From Candidatus Zixiibacteriota bacterium (lineage in GTDB: Bacteria; UBP14; UBA6098; JBKHBT01): a DNA stretch of 64,000 bases. Within the stretch, counting starts at the first letter, position 1; each line of letters starts with the position of its first letter. Shown here piece by piece: positions 19,635 to 29,757 of the stretch. The position numbers and the translations under genes were made by a program. The notes beneath the pieces were generated by a model. That model had not been told where the DNA came from, did no database searches, and was given only the letters and a program-made list of their open reading frames with translations. The stretch covers positions 13,442 to 77,441 of the forward strand of contig JBKHBT010000004.1 of assembly GCA_046542255.1 (NCBI GenBank). The letters run 5' to 3'.

Positions 19635-20150
19635 ATGAAATGTGGCCGCTTTTACATATTTTCTATATTATTATTGTTGAGCATCGCTTTTTTTTCTTGT
19701 ACACAGATAAAAGAGCAGAAAGAAATTAAAAGCGTCAGCGACGAATTGATTGAAAGCGCCCAAAATAATCTAGCAAGCCAAAGATTAAATGAAGCTGCAT
19801 ACGAATACTCAAAATTTATGGAGTTTTATCCCGAAGATGATAGATATTCAGAAGCTCTTTATCGATTGGCATATATTCAGGTTGTCCAGAGCGAATATGA
19901 TAGTGCGCGAACGCTTTTTGGCAACCTTTTAGAGCAATTCCCTGATAATAAATGGCGTTTTTCTGCCAAAACATGGAAGCAAACACTCGATAACCTTGTT
20001 GAAGCAAAAGCCAAAACAAAAACCAAAAAGGTCTATATCGAAAAAAATAATAAGGAAACGGCCGTATTACTCAATAAATGCGAAGAAGAAAAAAACGAGC
20101 TTCGTTCAAGGATCAAAAAATTAGAAAGTATCATAGAAGGAGAGCCATAA
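19635..20150 (+). CDS. lipoprotein with TPR-like segment and C-terminal coiled coil (YbgF-like architecture)
   Basis: Lipobox LSIAFFSC. TPR-like AAYEYSKFMEFYPEDDRYSEALYRLAYIQ. C-terminal KCEEEKNELRSRIKKLESII. Confidence 0.5.
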   Translation: MKCGRFYIFSILLLLSIAFFSCTQIKEQKEIKSVSDELIESAQNNLASQRLNEAAYEYSKFMEFYPEDDRYSEALYRLAYIQVVQSEYDSARTLFGNLLEQFPDNKWRFSAKTWKQTLDNLVEAKAKTKTKKVYIEKNNKETAVLLNKCEEEKNELRSRIKKLESIIEGEP

Positions 20151-20485
20151 TGCGCATTATGCATCAAACCAATGTCGATGCTAAAAAAGTAGAAATGGAA
20201 GGCGCCAAAAATGTTACTATACAGTGGCTAATTAGCCAGGATCACGGCGCTCCTAATTTTGCCATGAGAAGATTTGTTATTTCCAAAGACGGACACACGC
20301 CTTATCACAATCATCGATGGGAACATGAGGTTTATATCATCGAGGGAAAAGGTACTCTTACTCTCGAAGGCGAAAAACATCAGCTGGTCGAAGGTAGCTT
20401 TGCTTTTGTTCCACCAAACGCGAAACATAATTTTTCCACTGAAACCAGGATGGTGTTTTTGTGCATGATTCCGAATCCTGAATAA
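20150..20485 (+). CDS. cupin-domain protein
   Basis: MRIMHQTN ... HNHRWEHEVYIIEGKGTL ... SFAFVPPNAKHNF has cupin motif 1/2 spacing. RBS GGAGAG lies upstream. The ATG at 20150 overlaps the upstream TAA. The track's longer 20078 start would overlap the upstream gene. Confidence 0.7.
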   Translation: MRIMHQTNVDAKKVEMEGAKNVTIQWLISQDHGAPNFAMRRFVISKDGHTPYHNHRWEHEVYIIEGKGTLTLEGEKHQLVEGSFAFVPPNAKHNFSTETRMVFLCMIPNPE

Positions 20486-20487
20486 CC

Positions 20488-22347
20488 ATGGAAAACAATA
20501 GCCTAATTAATCTTGATATTCTCAAAAGTGTAGATTTACCGATTCTTATATTGAATTCAGAGTTTCAAATCTCATGGATTTCAGATAATTCATTAAAATA
20601 TATTAATCTACATAGAAATCCTGGCGAACAGCCTTTCTGCGCTCTTTTTGCCGAATATGAAAGGTATGAGGATTGTCCATTCCGGCAGATTCTTGAATCT
20701 TCAAGTGCCAGGACCTCCAGCAAGAATAAAATTGCCCAGAAGCTTAATCTTAGAAAAGGCTATAAAATTACCGCCCAATCGATTCCAGATGATAAGAATC
20801 ATAAGGGCTGGTTTATCAGGATAAAGAGTGAAAAGCGCAAAAAAGAGCTGGAAGATTTTGTATATAAAACACATAATCGATTCAAGGCAGTATTCGAGGC
20901 TTATCCCCATGCTCTTTTGGTGATAGATGGAGATAAGAAAATTATCTATTGTAATGGCAAAGGCATCGATATGTGCGAGCTTGTGCCAAGTTCGTATTTT
21001 GGCATAAAAATCGATAATATCGATATCATAAATAAGATTGGTCAATTCCATAAGAGCCTTGAAAAAGTAATAAATGAACAGAAGAGTTCTTCTTTTGTCG
21101 ATTATGTAGATGATGCTATGCCGCTTAAGGTCGAGATATTCCCGCTCGAGAAGAATATCTCGGACTATCATCAGGAGTATTGTATATCGATAGCTGATAT
21201 ATCAAAAGAAAAACATATGCAAAAGCGTGTCAAATTGCTTTTCAAGGCAATAGATAGCAGCAAAGAAGGCATCGCAATTCTCGATGATGATTTTGTCGTA
21301 GTCTATTCGAATAAAGCTTTCTGCAAAGTAATAGGTGATCCTGATAGCTCCGATTCATATAAAATAAAATTGATGGATGTCTTTATGAAGGATGAGCGAT
21401 TTCAGGCATTCTGGGAATCGATGGAAAGAAGTATTATCACAAATCGCAGTTTCTCGAGCGAAATTGTATGGAATAATGATGGCCAGAGCGGTGTTTTCGA
21501 TCTTTTCCTATCGCGAATTGTATTGCCCGGCCACAATTTCAGCGGATTCGTCTGCTCGATTAGAGATATTTCTGTGCAGAAAATCTACGAATCCCGTCTG
21601 GCAGAATCTCAGAAACTCGAAAGCCTCGGCAATCTCACTCGTAGTTTTGTACATGATTTTAATAATATATTGGCGAGTATTTCCGGTTCGGCAAGCCTCA
21701 TCAAAAGAAAACTGGATACAAATGAAGTAGAAGGGATTTATAAATATATTGAAATCATTAATCGCTCCACAGATGCATCATTAAAAATGCTCATGAATCT
21801 TCTGCATTTTACCAGGTCGGGTTTTTCCGAGCATACCGAGGTTTCGATTCGGGATATTATAAATCAGGCCGTCGATATCGTGTCTCCATCGATGCAAGAG
21901 TCAGTGAAATTTAATCTACTACTATCCAAAAAGCTACCCCGAATTCTTGGCGATGAGGTCAAATTGGTAGAGATTTTTGTGAATCTTTTTATTAATGCTA
22001 ATGATGCAATGCCGAATGGTGGCGAAATCTCGATCAAAACCAGTGATTTTATTATCGATAAGGATAATATCTGGGAATTCCCGGAAGCCTGCAAATGCAA
22101 ATATCTAAGAATCGATGTCAAAGATACTGGTATTGGAATACCAGAGAATATGCAGGAGCGAATTTTCGAGCCGTTCTTCTCCACAAAAGATTCAAAACCG
22201 GTGGCCGGATTGGGGCTTTCAATAGTCAAAGAGATGATTAGAAAACACAATGGCATGGTAACAGTAGAAAGTAAAATGCAAAAAGGAACCATTTTTAGCA
22301 TATTTATTCCGGTATTCGAAGATGAAGATGCTGTTTTCGAAGACTGA
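20488..22347 (+). CDS. cytoplasmic multi-PAS sensor histidine kinase
   Basis: No TM segments. PAS-like blocks. H-box LTRSFVHDFNNIL. HATPase motifs NLFINANDAMPNGG, DTGIGIP, GLGLSIVKEMIRKHNG. Confidence 0.85.
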   Translation: MENNSLINLDILKSVDLPILILNSEFQISWISDNSLKYINLHRNPGEQPFCALFAEYERYEDCPFRQILESSSARTSSKNKIAQKLNLRKGYKITAQSIPDDKNHKGWFIRIKSEKRKKELEDFVYKTHNRFKAVFEAYPHALLVIDGDKKIIYCNGKGIDMCELVPSSYFGIKIDNIDIINKIGQFHKSLEKVINEQKSSSFVDYVDDAMPLKVEIFPLEKNISDYHQEYCISIADISKEKHMQKRVKLLFKAIDSSKEGIAILDDDFVVVYSNKAFCKVIGDPDSSDSYKIKLMDVFMKDERFQAFWESMERSIITNRSFSSEIVWNNDGQSGVFDLFLSRIVLPGHNFSGFVCSIRDISVQKIYESRLAESQKLESLGNLTRSFVHDFNNILASISGSASLIKRKLDTNEVEGIYKYIEIINRSTDASLKMLMNLLHFTRSGFSEHTEVSIRDIINQAVDIVSPSMQESVKFNLLLSKKLPRILGDEVKLVEIFVNLFINANDAMPNGGEISIKTSDFIIDKDNIWEFPEACKCKYLRIDVKDTGIGIPENMQERIFEPFFSTKDSKPVAGLGLSIVKEMIRKHNGMVTVESKMQKGTIFSIFIPVFEDEDAVFED

Positions 22348-22412
22348 ATCGATACAGGCCATATTTCATCGACTCAAATAAAACTACATAGACCATTAAG
22401 GATAGGCACAAT

Positions 22413-22476
22413 CAGACAATGCGCTACTCCGCATTGTCATACTTTTCAGGCTAAAACATCAGTAAAGGCTTTTGCT
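22413..22476. repeat. ~60-bp intergenic repeat, copy 2 (inverted relative to 2998..3060)
   Basis: CAGACAATGCGCTACTCCGCATTGTCATACTTTTCAGGCTAAAACATCAGTAAAGGCTTTTGC. About 90% identical to the reverse complement of copy 1. Located immediately 3' of the PAS kinase gene. Confidence 0.55.
22415..22448 (+). terminator. hairpin with weak T-tract downstream of the PAS kinase gene (within repeat copy 2)
   Basis: Stem GACAATGCG (22415-22423), loop CTACTC, stem CGCATTGTC (22430-22438), followed by ATACTTTTC. Confidence 0.4.
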
Positions 22477-22545
22477 ATATATTAAGTATTATATATATGC
22501 TATATATATGGCTTTAAAAGAGTTTTTACAATCATGGCTGAGATA

Positions 22546-23913
22546 CTATTTCCCGATACAAAAGCTGGCAAATATATCATCAAGCACATCTTTTGTGAAT
22601 TCTTGCCCAAACATCCGATTTAATGTCTCTATCGCATTTTCGATCTGGACACATAGAACATCATATAGCCCATCAGAGATTGCTTTCAGGCCATTCTCAG
22701 CGGATTGATGGAGACTATTGAGATGCTCCCGATTGCGGCTGGAAAGAATCAGCTCATCTTCATGGGATTTATTGTCGATTATTTCCTTTATCCTATCGAG
22801 AAGCTTGTTTATTCCCAGATTATCGATGGCCGAAGTTGGTATGAAATCGAAATCGAGATTATTATGAATGCAAGAGGAGGGAAGGTCGATCTTATTTAGG
22901 ACATAGATGATTGATTTTCCACTATCGAAGCCGGGAATTCTATAGGTTTTATCTGTGGAATCTATTACCAATACAATAATTTCGGCCTTTTCGACAAGTT
23001 TTCTGGTTCGCTCGATGCCATCTTTTTCTACGCTTTTGGCATCTAAATTGAATCCGGCAGTATCGTATAGAATAAATGATGTGCCTTTATAGCGAATCCT
23101 ATTGTCCAGATAATCTCTAGTGGTTCCGGGTTTGTGATGGACTATCGCGCGGTTTTCTTTGATAATGGCATTGAAAATGCTCGATTTGCCAGCATTAGGA
23201 AATCCATAGAGGACAACATCTATGCCTTTTGATAGCAGACTACTCCGCTCGGATCGAATCAAAAGGTCATTGGATATATTTTTCAGGTCGCAAATAGCCT
23301 TCTCAAGAGCATTCACCGGAAGATTATCGTCCACATCATCGGGGAATTCAAGATTTGCGACAAGCTCTATTCGTAGTTTTTCGAGTTTTTTTGCTATTTC
23401 TTTCAGATTTGCCAGTTCATTGTTTTCCAGAACCCTTTCGGTAGCGATCAAAGCGCTGCGATTATTGGCTTTTATGATATTATCGATTGCCTCGGCCTCG
23501 ATAAGGTCCATTTTGCCATTTATGAAAGCTCTTTGGGTAAATTCGCCATTTCTTGCGATTCTTGCGCCATGTTTTTCGAGAAGCTCCATGATTGATTCGA
23601 TAATTATCTCGCCGCCATGCACAAAAAGCTCGAGCATATTATCGCCAGTATAGCTATTGGGAGCATGATAGGTCGTAAAGAGAATCTTATCGAGGACATT
23701 GCCATCACTATCGATAAGATTGCCCATCTGCATTTTCCAGCTTTTGCTTTTTGAAGGCAGGATTTTTGATTTTATTACTTTGTCTGCAATATCAAAAACC
23801 CCGGCACCGCTCAGGCGGATAATTGCCAGAGCAGCATTATTTGTGTAATTCGTAGCCGGCGCAAAGATTACATCATCATTGAATAGCTCATCACGATCAA
23901 TCATGGTCGGCAC
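22546..23913 (-). CDS. mnmE: tRNA modification GTPase MnmE
   Basis: N-terminal FAPATNYTNNAALAIIRLSG. G-domain GFPNAGKSSIFN, DTAG. C-terminal CIGK motif. Confidence 0.9.
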   Translation of the reverse strand: MPTMIDRDELFNDDVIFAPATNYTNNAALAIIRLSGAGVFDIADKVIKSKILPSKSKSWKMQMGNLIDSDGNVLDKILFTTYHAPNSYTGDNMLELFVHGGEIIIESIMELLEKHGARIARNGEFTQRAFINGKMDLIEAEAIDNIIKANNRSALIATERVLENNELANLKEIAKKLEKLRIELVANLEFPDDVDDNLPVNALEKAICDLKNISNDLLIRSERSSLLSKGIDVVLYGFPNAGKSSIFNAIIKENRAIVHHKPGTTRDYLDNRIRYKGTSFILYDTAGFNLDAKSVEKDGIERTRKLVEKAEIIVLVIDSTDKTYRIPGFDSGKSIIYVLNKIDLPSSCIHNNLDFDFIPTSAIDNLGINKLLDRIKEIIDNKSHEDELILSSRNREHLNSLHQSAENGLKAISDGLYDVLCVQIENAIETLNRMFGQEFTKDVLDDIFASFCIGK

Positions 23914-23916
23914 CGA

Positions 23917-25641
23917 TCATGATTCATCATCGGCACCGATAGGTTCCGGATCTTTGGTTATGAAATTGTGGATTACTGTGAGAATATTGAAGAATGTCCA
24001 ATACAGAACCAGTCCAGCGGGCATATTTCGGAAGATGAATAGAAAGAAAATCGGGAATATGTAAACCATCATCTTCTGCTTGGGGTCTTTGACCGTCATT
24101 TTCTGCTGCACGAACATAGTAACCGCCATAATTATCGGAAGCACATAGTATGGATCGGGACTCGATAAATCCTGAAGCCATAGCCCAAAGGTGGCCTGCC
24201 GGAATTGAAAACCAAGCGATAGTGCACGATAAAGCGCAAAGAAAATCGGCATCTGGACAATCATCGGCAGGCAACCGCCGAGAGGATTGACATTATGCTT
24301 CTTGTAAAGCGCCATCGTGGCCTTATTAAGCTTCTCGGGATTATCACGATACTGTTCCTGAAGTTCCTTGAGCTTCGGCTGTATCTTCTGCATCTCTTTC
24401 ATACTCTTGATTTGTTTGCTGGCGAGCGGAAGAAGCAGAAGCTTCATAAGCAGCGTAAAAATAAGAATAACAAATCCATAATTTGGTAAGAATTGGTAAA
24501 TTTTATCAAAAAGCCAGAGTATCAGCTTGGTGATTGGCAGAAGCCATCGCCAGCCAAGGTCGATTGCATCTTCAAGCCCCTGCTTACAACTTTCTAAAAG
24601 CTTATAATCTGCTGGCGATGCGATTAGAAGGTGTTCACGGCTAATTATCTCTTCGGTATTTCTAAAAAGTAAAGCAATGCCGATAGCAGGAACCTGATTA
24701 ATATTATCATTATAGAGATAATCACGGAATTTTCCATCGCAATACACGCCATCGGCCTTGCCGTTGGAAGGAGCCAGGATAAGTGTAAAATATTTCGATT
24801 GTGTCGAAGCAAAATCGATTGAGCCAGTATTTGAAAATTCAACTGGATTGCCCTTTTTGAATTTTTCCTTCTCGACATCATCTGCGATTTTATATGTGAG
24901 CTTGAACATATTGAGTTCTGCTGCAACCTTCTCTTCGGTGGGTAGAAGGCCTCTTCTCCACCAGAGTTTATACTGGTCGAAAGGCTCACGATTGCACTCG
25001 ACAAGAAGCTTATGTCGAATCATATAACCATTGGCATAAAATTCCAGTCTTCTTCTTATAAGCGAGCTATCGGGTAATTGGCCGGTAAAGGTTATCGCAC
25101 CCACCGAATCGGCATTATCGAGTAGCAATGTATCTTTATCGCTTCTGAAAATTGTATTAGCGATTGTATATGTCTTACTTCCAGATGATAATTCGATATC
25201 GAGATTAGGCATATCCAGATCCTGCGGAACCATCTGGATAAGCTCGCCATTGCCGTAGGTATGGTCCAAAAGCTTCAGACTTATAATATCAGCGCCACGG
25301 GTTGACATTATAATCCGCATGTCATTTGTTTCGATGAATATTTCTTTGGCATCGAGGGAATCCGATAGGGTATCGATTGCAAGGGGACTCGAGTCTCTCG
25401 AAAAGGCATCTGGCTTTTGCAATTTTGCTGAAGAAAGGTCAGATGTTTTGGAATTACTCAAAGTATCTATGTGGCTGTCTTGATATGATAATGAACTTTC
25501 ATCATCTGTATTGCTATCGTTTGTTGCGGTTTGCTTTAATGCGCTTTCCTCGGAGGGTGGATTGACAAGTTTATTATAAACAGGCATGAGAAAAAGTATA
25601 GCAGCAATTAAAATAATTCCAATAATGGTCTTTTTGTCCAT
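23917..25641 (-). CDS. yidC: membrane protein insertase YidC
   Basis: Large periplasmic domain followed by the conserved 5-TM insertase core (LPLASKQIKSMKEMQKIQPKLKELQEQY, GGCLPMIVQMPIFFALY). Start placed at MDKKTIIGIIL (25641), 1 nt after the yidD stop. The track's extended start is 25677. Confidence 0.9.
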   Translation of the reverse strand: MDKKTIIGIILIAAILFLMPVYNKLVNPPSEESALKQTATNDSNTDDESSLSYQDSHIDTLSNSKTSDLSSAKLQKPDAFSRDSSPLAIDTLSDSLDAKEIFIETNDMRIIMSTRGADIISLKLLDHTYGNGELIQMVPQDLDMPNLDIELSSGSKTYTIANTIFRSDKDTLLLDNADSVGAITFTGQLPDSSLIRRRLEFYANGYMIRHKLLVECNREPFDQYKLWWRRGLLPTEEKVAAELNMFKLTYKIADDVEKEKFKKGNPVEFSNTGSIDFASTQSKYFTLILAPSNGKADGVYCDGKFRDYLYNDNINQVPAIGIALLFRNTEEIISREHLLIASPADYKLLESCKQGLEDAIDLGWRWLLPITKLILWLFDKIYQFLPNYGFVILIFTLLMKLLLLPLASKQIKSMKEMQKIQPKLKELQEQYRDNPEKLNKATMALYKKHNVNPLGGCLPMIVQMPIFFALYRALSLGFQFRQATFGLWLQDLSSPDPYYVLPIIMAVTMFVQQKMTVKDPKQKMMVYIFPIFFLFIFRNMPAGLVLYWTFFNILTVIHNFITKDPEPIGADDES

Positions 25642-25642
25642 C

Positions 25643-25891
25643 TTATTCACTTTCTTTTCTGTAATATTTGAAGGCATCTTTCAACGGGACATTCTGTGGT
25701 GGAACTTCATCTATACCACCTTTTGAAATAGGATTGCATCGCAAGATCCGCCACGATGAAAGGATTGTCCCCTTTATTAGTCCATGTTTGTGTAATGATT
25801 CGATCGAATAATGAGAACAACTGGGATAATACCTGCACGTTGGAGGCAGAAGAGGCGAGATCAGCCTCTGATAAGCTTTGATAATAATCAC
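25643..25891 (-). CDS. yidD: membrane protein insertion efficiency factor YidD
   Basis: [37 protein letters not shown] is the canonical YidD (DUF37) motif. Confidence 0.85.
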   Translation of the reverse strand: MIIIKAYQRLISPLLPPTCRYYPSCSHYSIESLHKHGLIKGTILSSWRILRCNPISKGGIDEVPPQNVPLKDAFKYYRKESE

Positions 25892-25941
25892 AAATGGCCA
25901 AACAAAAGCGAATTTGATTTTATCCAGATAGCTTTTATTTC

Positions 25942-26280
25942 CTAAAGCGTGAATCCAAACCTCCTCGAAAGGTCTTCTCTTAGTTCCTTCGATAAAGCTC
26001 TATTAGACAGCTCTTTTGTAAATGCACGAGGGATAATTAGATAATGGCAATCCGGCCTGATATGCGCTATATTTTGTCTTAGAGTTTCTCTAATTATACG
26101 CCTTATTCTATTTCTCCGCACAGCATTTCCTATTTTGCGGGATATACGTATTCCCAGTTTAGGATTCTCTATGTCTTTTTTCAAAGACAATATCACCAGA
26201 TATTTGCCGTGATATTTATGAGTCTTAGTAGTTCTAAATTCCTCAAAATGCTTTCGCAATTTCAAGGATTCAAGCTTCAT
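25942..26280 (-). CDS. rnpA: ribonuclease P protein component
   Basis: Basic 112-aa protein ([22 protein letters not shown]). Position between rpmH and yidD is the conserved rpmH-rnpA-yidD-yidC-mnmE order. Confidence 0.85.
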   Translation of the reverse strand: MKLESLKLRKHFEEFRTTKTHKYHGKYLVILSLKKDIENPKLGIRISRKIGNAVRRNRIRRIIRETLRQNIAHIRPDCHYLIIPRAFTKELSNRALSKELREDLSRRFGFTL

Positions 26281-26429
26281 TTCTTCGGATGTTTCTTAGA
26301 AACGGATAAGGACTTTCTGCCTTTTCTACGCCTTCTATTAATAAGTTTCCGTCCGCTTTTTGTTTTCATCCTGGCTCTGAAACCGTGTTTTCTTTTTCTC
26401 TTTGTATTACTTCTTTTTTTAATTAGCAT
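26277..26429 (-). CDS. rpmH: 50S ribosomal protein L34
   Basis: Not in the ORF track (50 aa). Reverse-strand ATG at 26427-26429 with RBS GGAGAT. Translates [43 protein letters not shown]. Stop overlaps the rnpA start. Confidence 0.8.
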   Translation of the reverse strand: MLIKKRSNTKRKRKHGFRARMKTKSGRKLINRRRRKGRKSLSVSKKHPKK

Positions 26430-26449
26430 AATTTATCTCCCTTTTCAAA

Positions 26450-26758
26450 TTAGAAATTAGTTGGTAATCCAAGTCCGCCGGTTACCTCGGCGAGTTGTTC
26501 TTGCATCAGTTCATTAGATCTTTGCATTGCGCCATTTATGGCAGAGATGATAAGGTCTTGCAGCATCTCGATGTCTTCCGGGTCAACGACATCTTTTGCA
26601 ATCGAAAGCTCGAGTAGCTCTTGCCGGCCATTCACAATAGCCTTAACAACTCCACCACCGGAAGAGAATTCGACTCTTTCATCGGCAAGCTCTTCCTGCT
26701 TCCTTTCGATTTCCTTCTGCATCTTTTGTGCTTGTTTCATCATTTTTTGTATATTCAT
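26450..26758 (-). CDS. ybaB: nucleoid-associated protein YbaB/EbfC
   Basis: MNIQKMMKQAQKMQKEIERKQEELA ... GGGVVKAIVNGRQELLELSI is the canonical YbaB family. Immediately downstream of dnaX. Confidence 0.85.
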   Translation of the reverse strand: MNIQKMMKQAQKMQKEIERKQEELADERVEFSSGGGVVKAIVNGRQELLELSIAKDVVDPEDIEMLQDLIISAINGAMQRSNELMQEQLAEVTGGLGLPTNF

Positions 26759-26774
26759 TTATCCTCCATATGAA

Positions 26775-28370
26775 CTAATCGAGTGGTTTTGCATCGAATA
26801 GATCAAAAATATCTTCCATTTCAGAATCTTTTTCATCTGGTTCATTCGCATTTGATTTATTAACAGGTTCTTCAGTCCCAGATGAAGAATTATCGCTCTC
26901 TTTTGTCTGTGCAATACTGGGTAAATCAAAAGATAACTTATAATGCTGGCCATATACATCGGAAATCATTTCAGAAAGCAATTCTTGATTTTCAATAATT
27001 AGCCTTTTTTCTGCTTTTTCTTTGATATCATCAGGAATAATGACTGTAATTTGTTTATCATTTTCCTGAATTTCGCATTTTTGAAGAATCTGGCAGAGTG
27101 CATGATTGTTTTGATTTAGCAAATCATATAGCACCTGAATTTTAGGCTTTGTCGTTTCGGGATTTTGGGCAGAAGGTGCTTCGGTTTTGGGTAGATTATT
27201 TGCGAAAGCTGGCTTATATCCTTCGGGAATGATAACTTTAACCGGCTCAGGCTGTTTGACATCGATATCGGGCAATTGCTTTAGTATGCTTTTTAATTCG
27301 GTAGTATTTTGCATCATACCGATATATAATAGAATTTCTTCGAGAAGATAGGATGGCCTTTTGGAATATTTCATCTTCTGGACAGTTTCTGAAAGCAGCC
27401 TAATAATCCTCGTGAAATCTTCTATATCGTATCTTTTTATTATTTCGAGTGTTTCTGGCTGGTTTTCCTCTTTTAGCTTGTCTATCATAGTCTCTCGATA
27501 GCCATCTATCAAGCCTTCGATTAGATTGCTGGGCGATATTCCGGTTTGTATTGTGGCTTGAAGTTTTTCCAGCATTTCCTTGAGATTGCCTGTCGATGCT
27601 AATGTTGCAAGTTCGATAAATACCATTCTGGGTAGTACGCCAAGGATCTGGGCAGCCGTTTGCCTGTCTATTTCTTCGTCTTTTGCATATGCAATTATCT
27701 GGTCGAAAAGCGAAAGCCCATCTCGCAAAGCGCCATCGGCTTTAAGAGCGATAAGTTCTGCTGCTTCTTCGGAGAGGTTTATACTTTCAGGTTCTGCAAG
27801 GTCCAATAATCGTTGCTTTATCTTTTCGGTTGGGATTCTTTTGAAATCATGGCGCTGGCATCTGGATATTATAGTCGCTGGTATTTTCTCCGGTTCTGTT
27901 GTGGCAAAGATGAAAACCACATTGGGTGGCGGCTCTTCTAATGTCTTAAGGAGTGCATTAAATGCGTGATTTGTTAGCATATGGACTTCATCGATGATGA
28001 TAACTTTATAGCGATTCTGGGGTGCATATTGCACGCTCTCGCGTATCGGCTGAATATCATCGACAGATCGATTTGATGCGCCGTCCATTTCCAGTACATC
28101 AGGCGAGCGTGTTTCTGTGATTTCGATGCATGATGAGCATTTATTGCAGGGCGTAGGCGTGGGGCTATCGGCATTCTGGCAATTCAATGCCTTTGCCAAA
28201 ATACGCGCAGTAGTAGTCTTGCCGACACCTCTTGGCCCTGAAAATAGATATGAATGAGATATTCTCTCATTTGATATCGCATTCTTCAGCGTATCTGTTA
28301 TCAGCTTCTGCGATAGAACATCATCGAATGTTTGCGGCCGCCATTTGCGCGCCAGAACTAAATATGACAT
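26775..28370 (-). CDS. dnaX: DNA polymerase III subunits gamma/tau
   Basis: Walker A GPRGVGKTTTARILAKALNC. Zinc module CNKCSSCIEI. DEVHML and SRCQRHDF motifs. Confidence 0.9.
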   Translation of the reverse strand: MSYLVLARKWRPQTFDDVLSQKLITDTLKNAISNERISHSYLFSGPRGVGKTTTARILAKALNCQNADSPTPTPCNKCSSCIEITETRSPDVLEMDGASNRSVDDIQPIRESVQYAPQNRYKVIIIDEVHMLTNHAFNALLKTLEEPPPNVVFIFATTEPEKIPATIISRCQRHDFKRIPTEKIKQRLLDLAEPESINLSEEAAELIALKADGALRDGLSLFDQIIAYAKDEEIDRQTAAQILGVLPRMVFIELATLASTGNLKEMLEKLQATIQTGISPSNLIEGLIDGYRETMIDKLKEENQPETLEIIKRYDIEDFTRIIRLLSETVQKMKYSKRPSYLLEEILLYIGMMQNTTELKSILKQLPDIDVKQPEPVKVIIPEGYKPAFANNLPKTEAPSAQNPETTKPKIQVLYDLLNQNNHALCQILQKCEIQENDKQITVIIPDDIKEKAEKRLIIENQELLSEMISDVYGQHYKLSFDLPSIAQTKESDNSSSGTEEPVNKSNANEPDEKDSEMEDIFDLFDAKPLD

Positions 28371-28498
28371 CTGTACTCCTTGACAAACTCACATAAACAA
28401 TAAAATTTATTCAAATTTCGATTTCAATGCAAGCATTATCTCTAATTATCATTTTTTCAAGGAAACTAATGTCCAAGATATGAATTTAACAGGCTTAG

Positions 28499-29755
28499 TC
28501 AAATGAAAATAATAGTGAACTTTGTGCCCTTGCCTTTTTGAGATTGCACATTGATTTTAGCGCCATGGTCTTCGAGAATTCTTTTGACAACGCTCATGCC
28601 GATACCTGTCCCGCCTTTTTTGGTGGTATAGAAAGGCATGAAAATTTTTTGCAGGCTTTCTTTGGAAATTCCCGAGCCGGTGTCTCGAATTGAAAGCTGA
28701 ACTTCGCCGCTTTTCTTTGCAGTAGAAACAGTTATATGCCCGCCTTTTTTGGTTGCTTCCTTAGCATTTAAGAGCAAATTAAGAAGCATCTGCTTTATTT
28801 GCTTCTCATCGGCCTTGATATAAACTGGGTTTTCCCAGAGATCGGTCATAATCGTAATGCCGGCCGAGACACATTCCGGTGCAAAGAAACGAACCACCTG
28901 CAAGACCGTCTCATTAAGATCGAATCGGGATATCTGCATCGCGGGTGTTCGAGCAAAACGAAGATAGTTTGCAAGATAATTCGTCAGGCGATTTAGCTCA
29001 CGGTCGATGCGATCGATTTTTTTCATGAGGGCGGTGTTTTCCTGGAAATCAGTATTCTCCTGAATCAGTTGAATATTCATCTTCACAGTATTAAGGGGAT
29101 TCTTCAACTCATGGGCAAAATCACTGGAAATCTCACCCAAATATGCCTTGCTCTTATATTCTGCAATCTCGCCCTTCATGCGATAAATATTAAGATATGT
29201 AAAAATACTCATCACAAGCAGCAAAATGATAAGCACTCCGCCCGGTAGAAGCATAATAAGAAAGGATCTTCGTACCCTAAGAGGGACCACAGGAAGTCGG
29301 GTATTTCTAGGAAAAGCGATCTGTAATGAATGGTGATTATCGATAGGTATGGCAATATCCGCAACATGAATGGTGACTCTTTTCAGGTCGATTTCATTGC
29401 CGACAATAGATAGCTCATTTTGATATGGCCTTGCTAACTCGCGACCGACACCATAAGATGCCTGAACGATTTTACCATCTTTCCTTATAATAAACCAATA
29501 TATAATATTCCGCCGCTTCAGGGAACGTTCCAGTTCCAGAATAGTGCCGGCAGGCAATACGCCATCGATTATTGCGCCATCGAGCCATTCGGATATCTGT
29601 TCTGCATATTCGATTTCATCGGCCAGCTCGAGTTTCAAAAATTCCCATTGCATCCTTCGCGAGAACATTCGATAGCCAATCAAAGATGTAGTCGCAAAAA
29701 TAATTATGATTATAATAGAAAGTATCAACGGCCTTTTATATGGTATTCTCTGCAT
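28499..29755 (-). CDS. membrane sensor histidine kinase (orphan)
   Basis: Two N-terminal TM helices. H-box SDFAHELKNPLN. HATPase motifs LLNLLLNAKEA, DTGSGI, GGTGIGMSVVKRILEDHG. Confidence 0.8.
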   Translation of the reverse strand: MQRIPYKRPLILSIIIIIIFATTSLIGYRMFSRRMQWEFLKLELADEIEYAEQISEWLDGAIIDGVLPAGTILELERSLKRRNIIYWFIIRKDGKIVQASYGVGRELARPYQNELSIVGNEIDLKRVTIHVADIAIPIDNHHSLQIAFPRNTRLPVVPLRVRRSFLIMLLPGGVLIILLLVMSIFTYLNIYRMKGEIAEYKSKAYLGEISSDFAHELKNPLNTVKMNIQLIQENTDFQENTALMKKIDRIDRELNRLTNYLANYLRFARTPAMQISRFDLNETVLQVVRFFAPECVSAGITIMTDLWENPVYIKADEKQIKQMLLNLLLNAKEATKKGGHITVSTAKKSGEVQLSIRDTGSGISKESLQKIFMPFYTTKKGGTGIGMSVVKRILEDHGAKINVQSQKGKGTKFTIIFI

Positions 29756-29757
29756 TA

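Noticed and set aside
20078-20149. N-terminal extension of the cupin ORF (MRRRKKRASFKDQKIRKYHRRRA...)
   Set aside because: It would overlap the upstream lipoprotein gene by 72 nt in another frame and is low-complexity basic sequence. The ATG at 20150 has a GGAGAG RBS and abuts the upstream stop.
28371-28498. Possible SRP RNA (ffs) upstream of dnaX, a common ffs-dnaX linkage
   Set aside because: The 128-bp gap is AT-rich, has no GGAA...AGCAG domain-IV-like GC-rich helix, and is too short for a 4.5S RNA plus a promoter.
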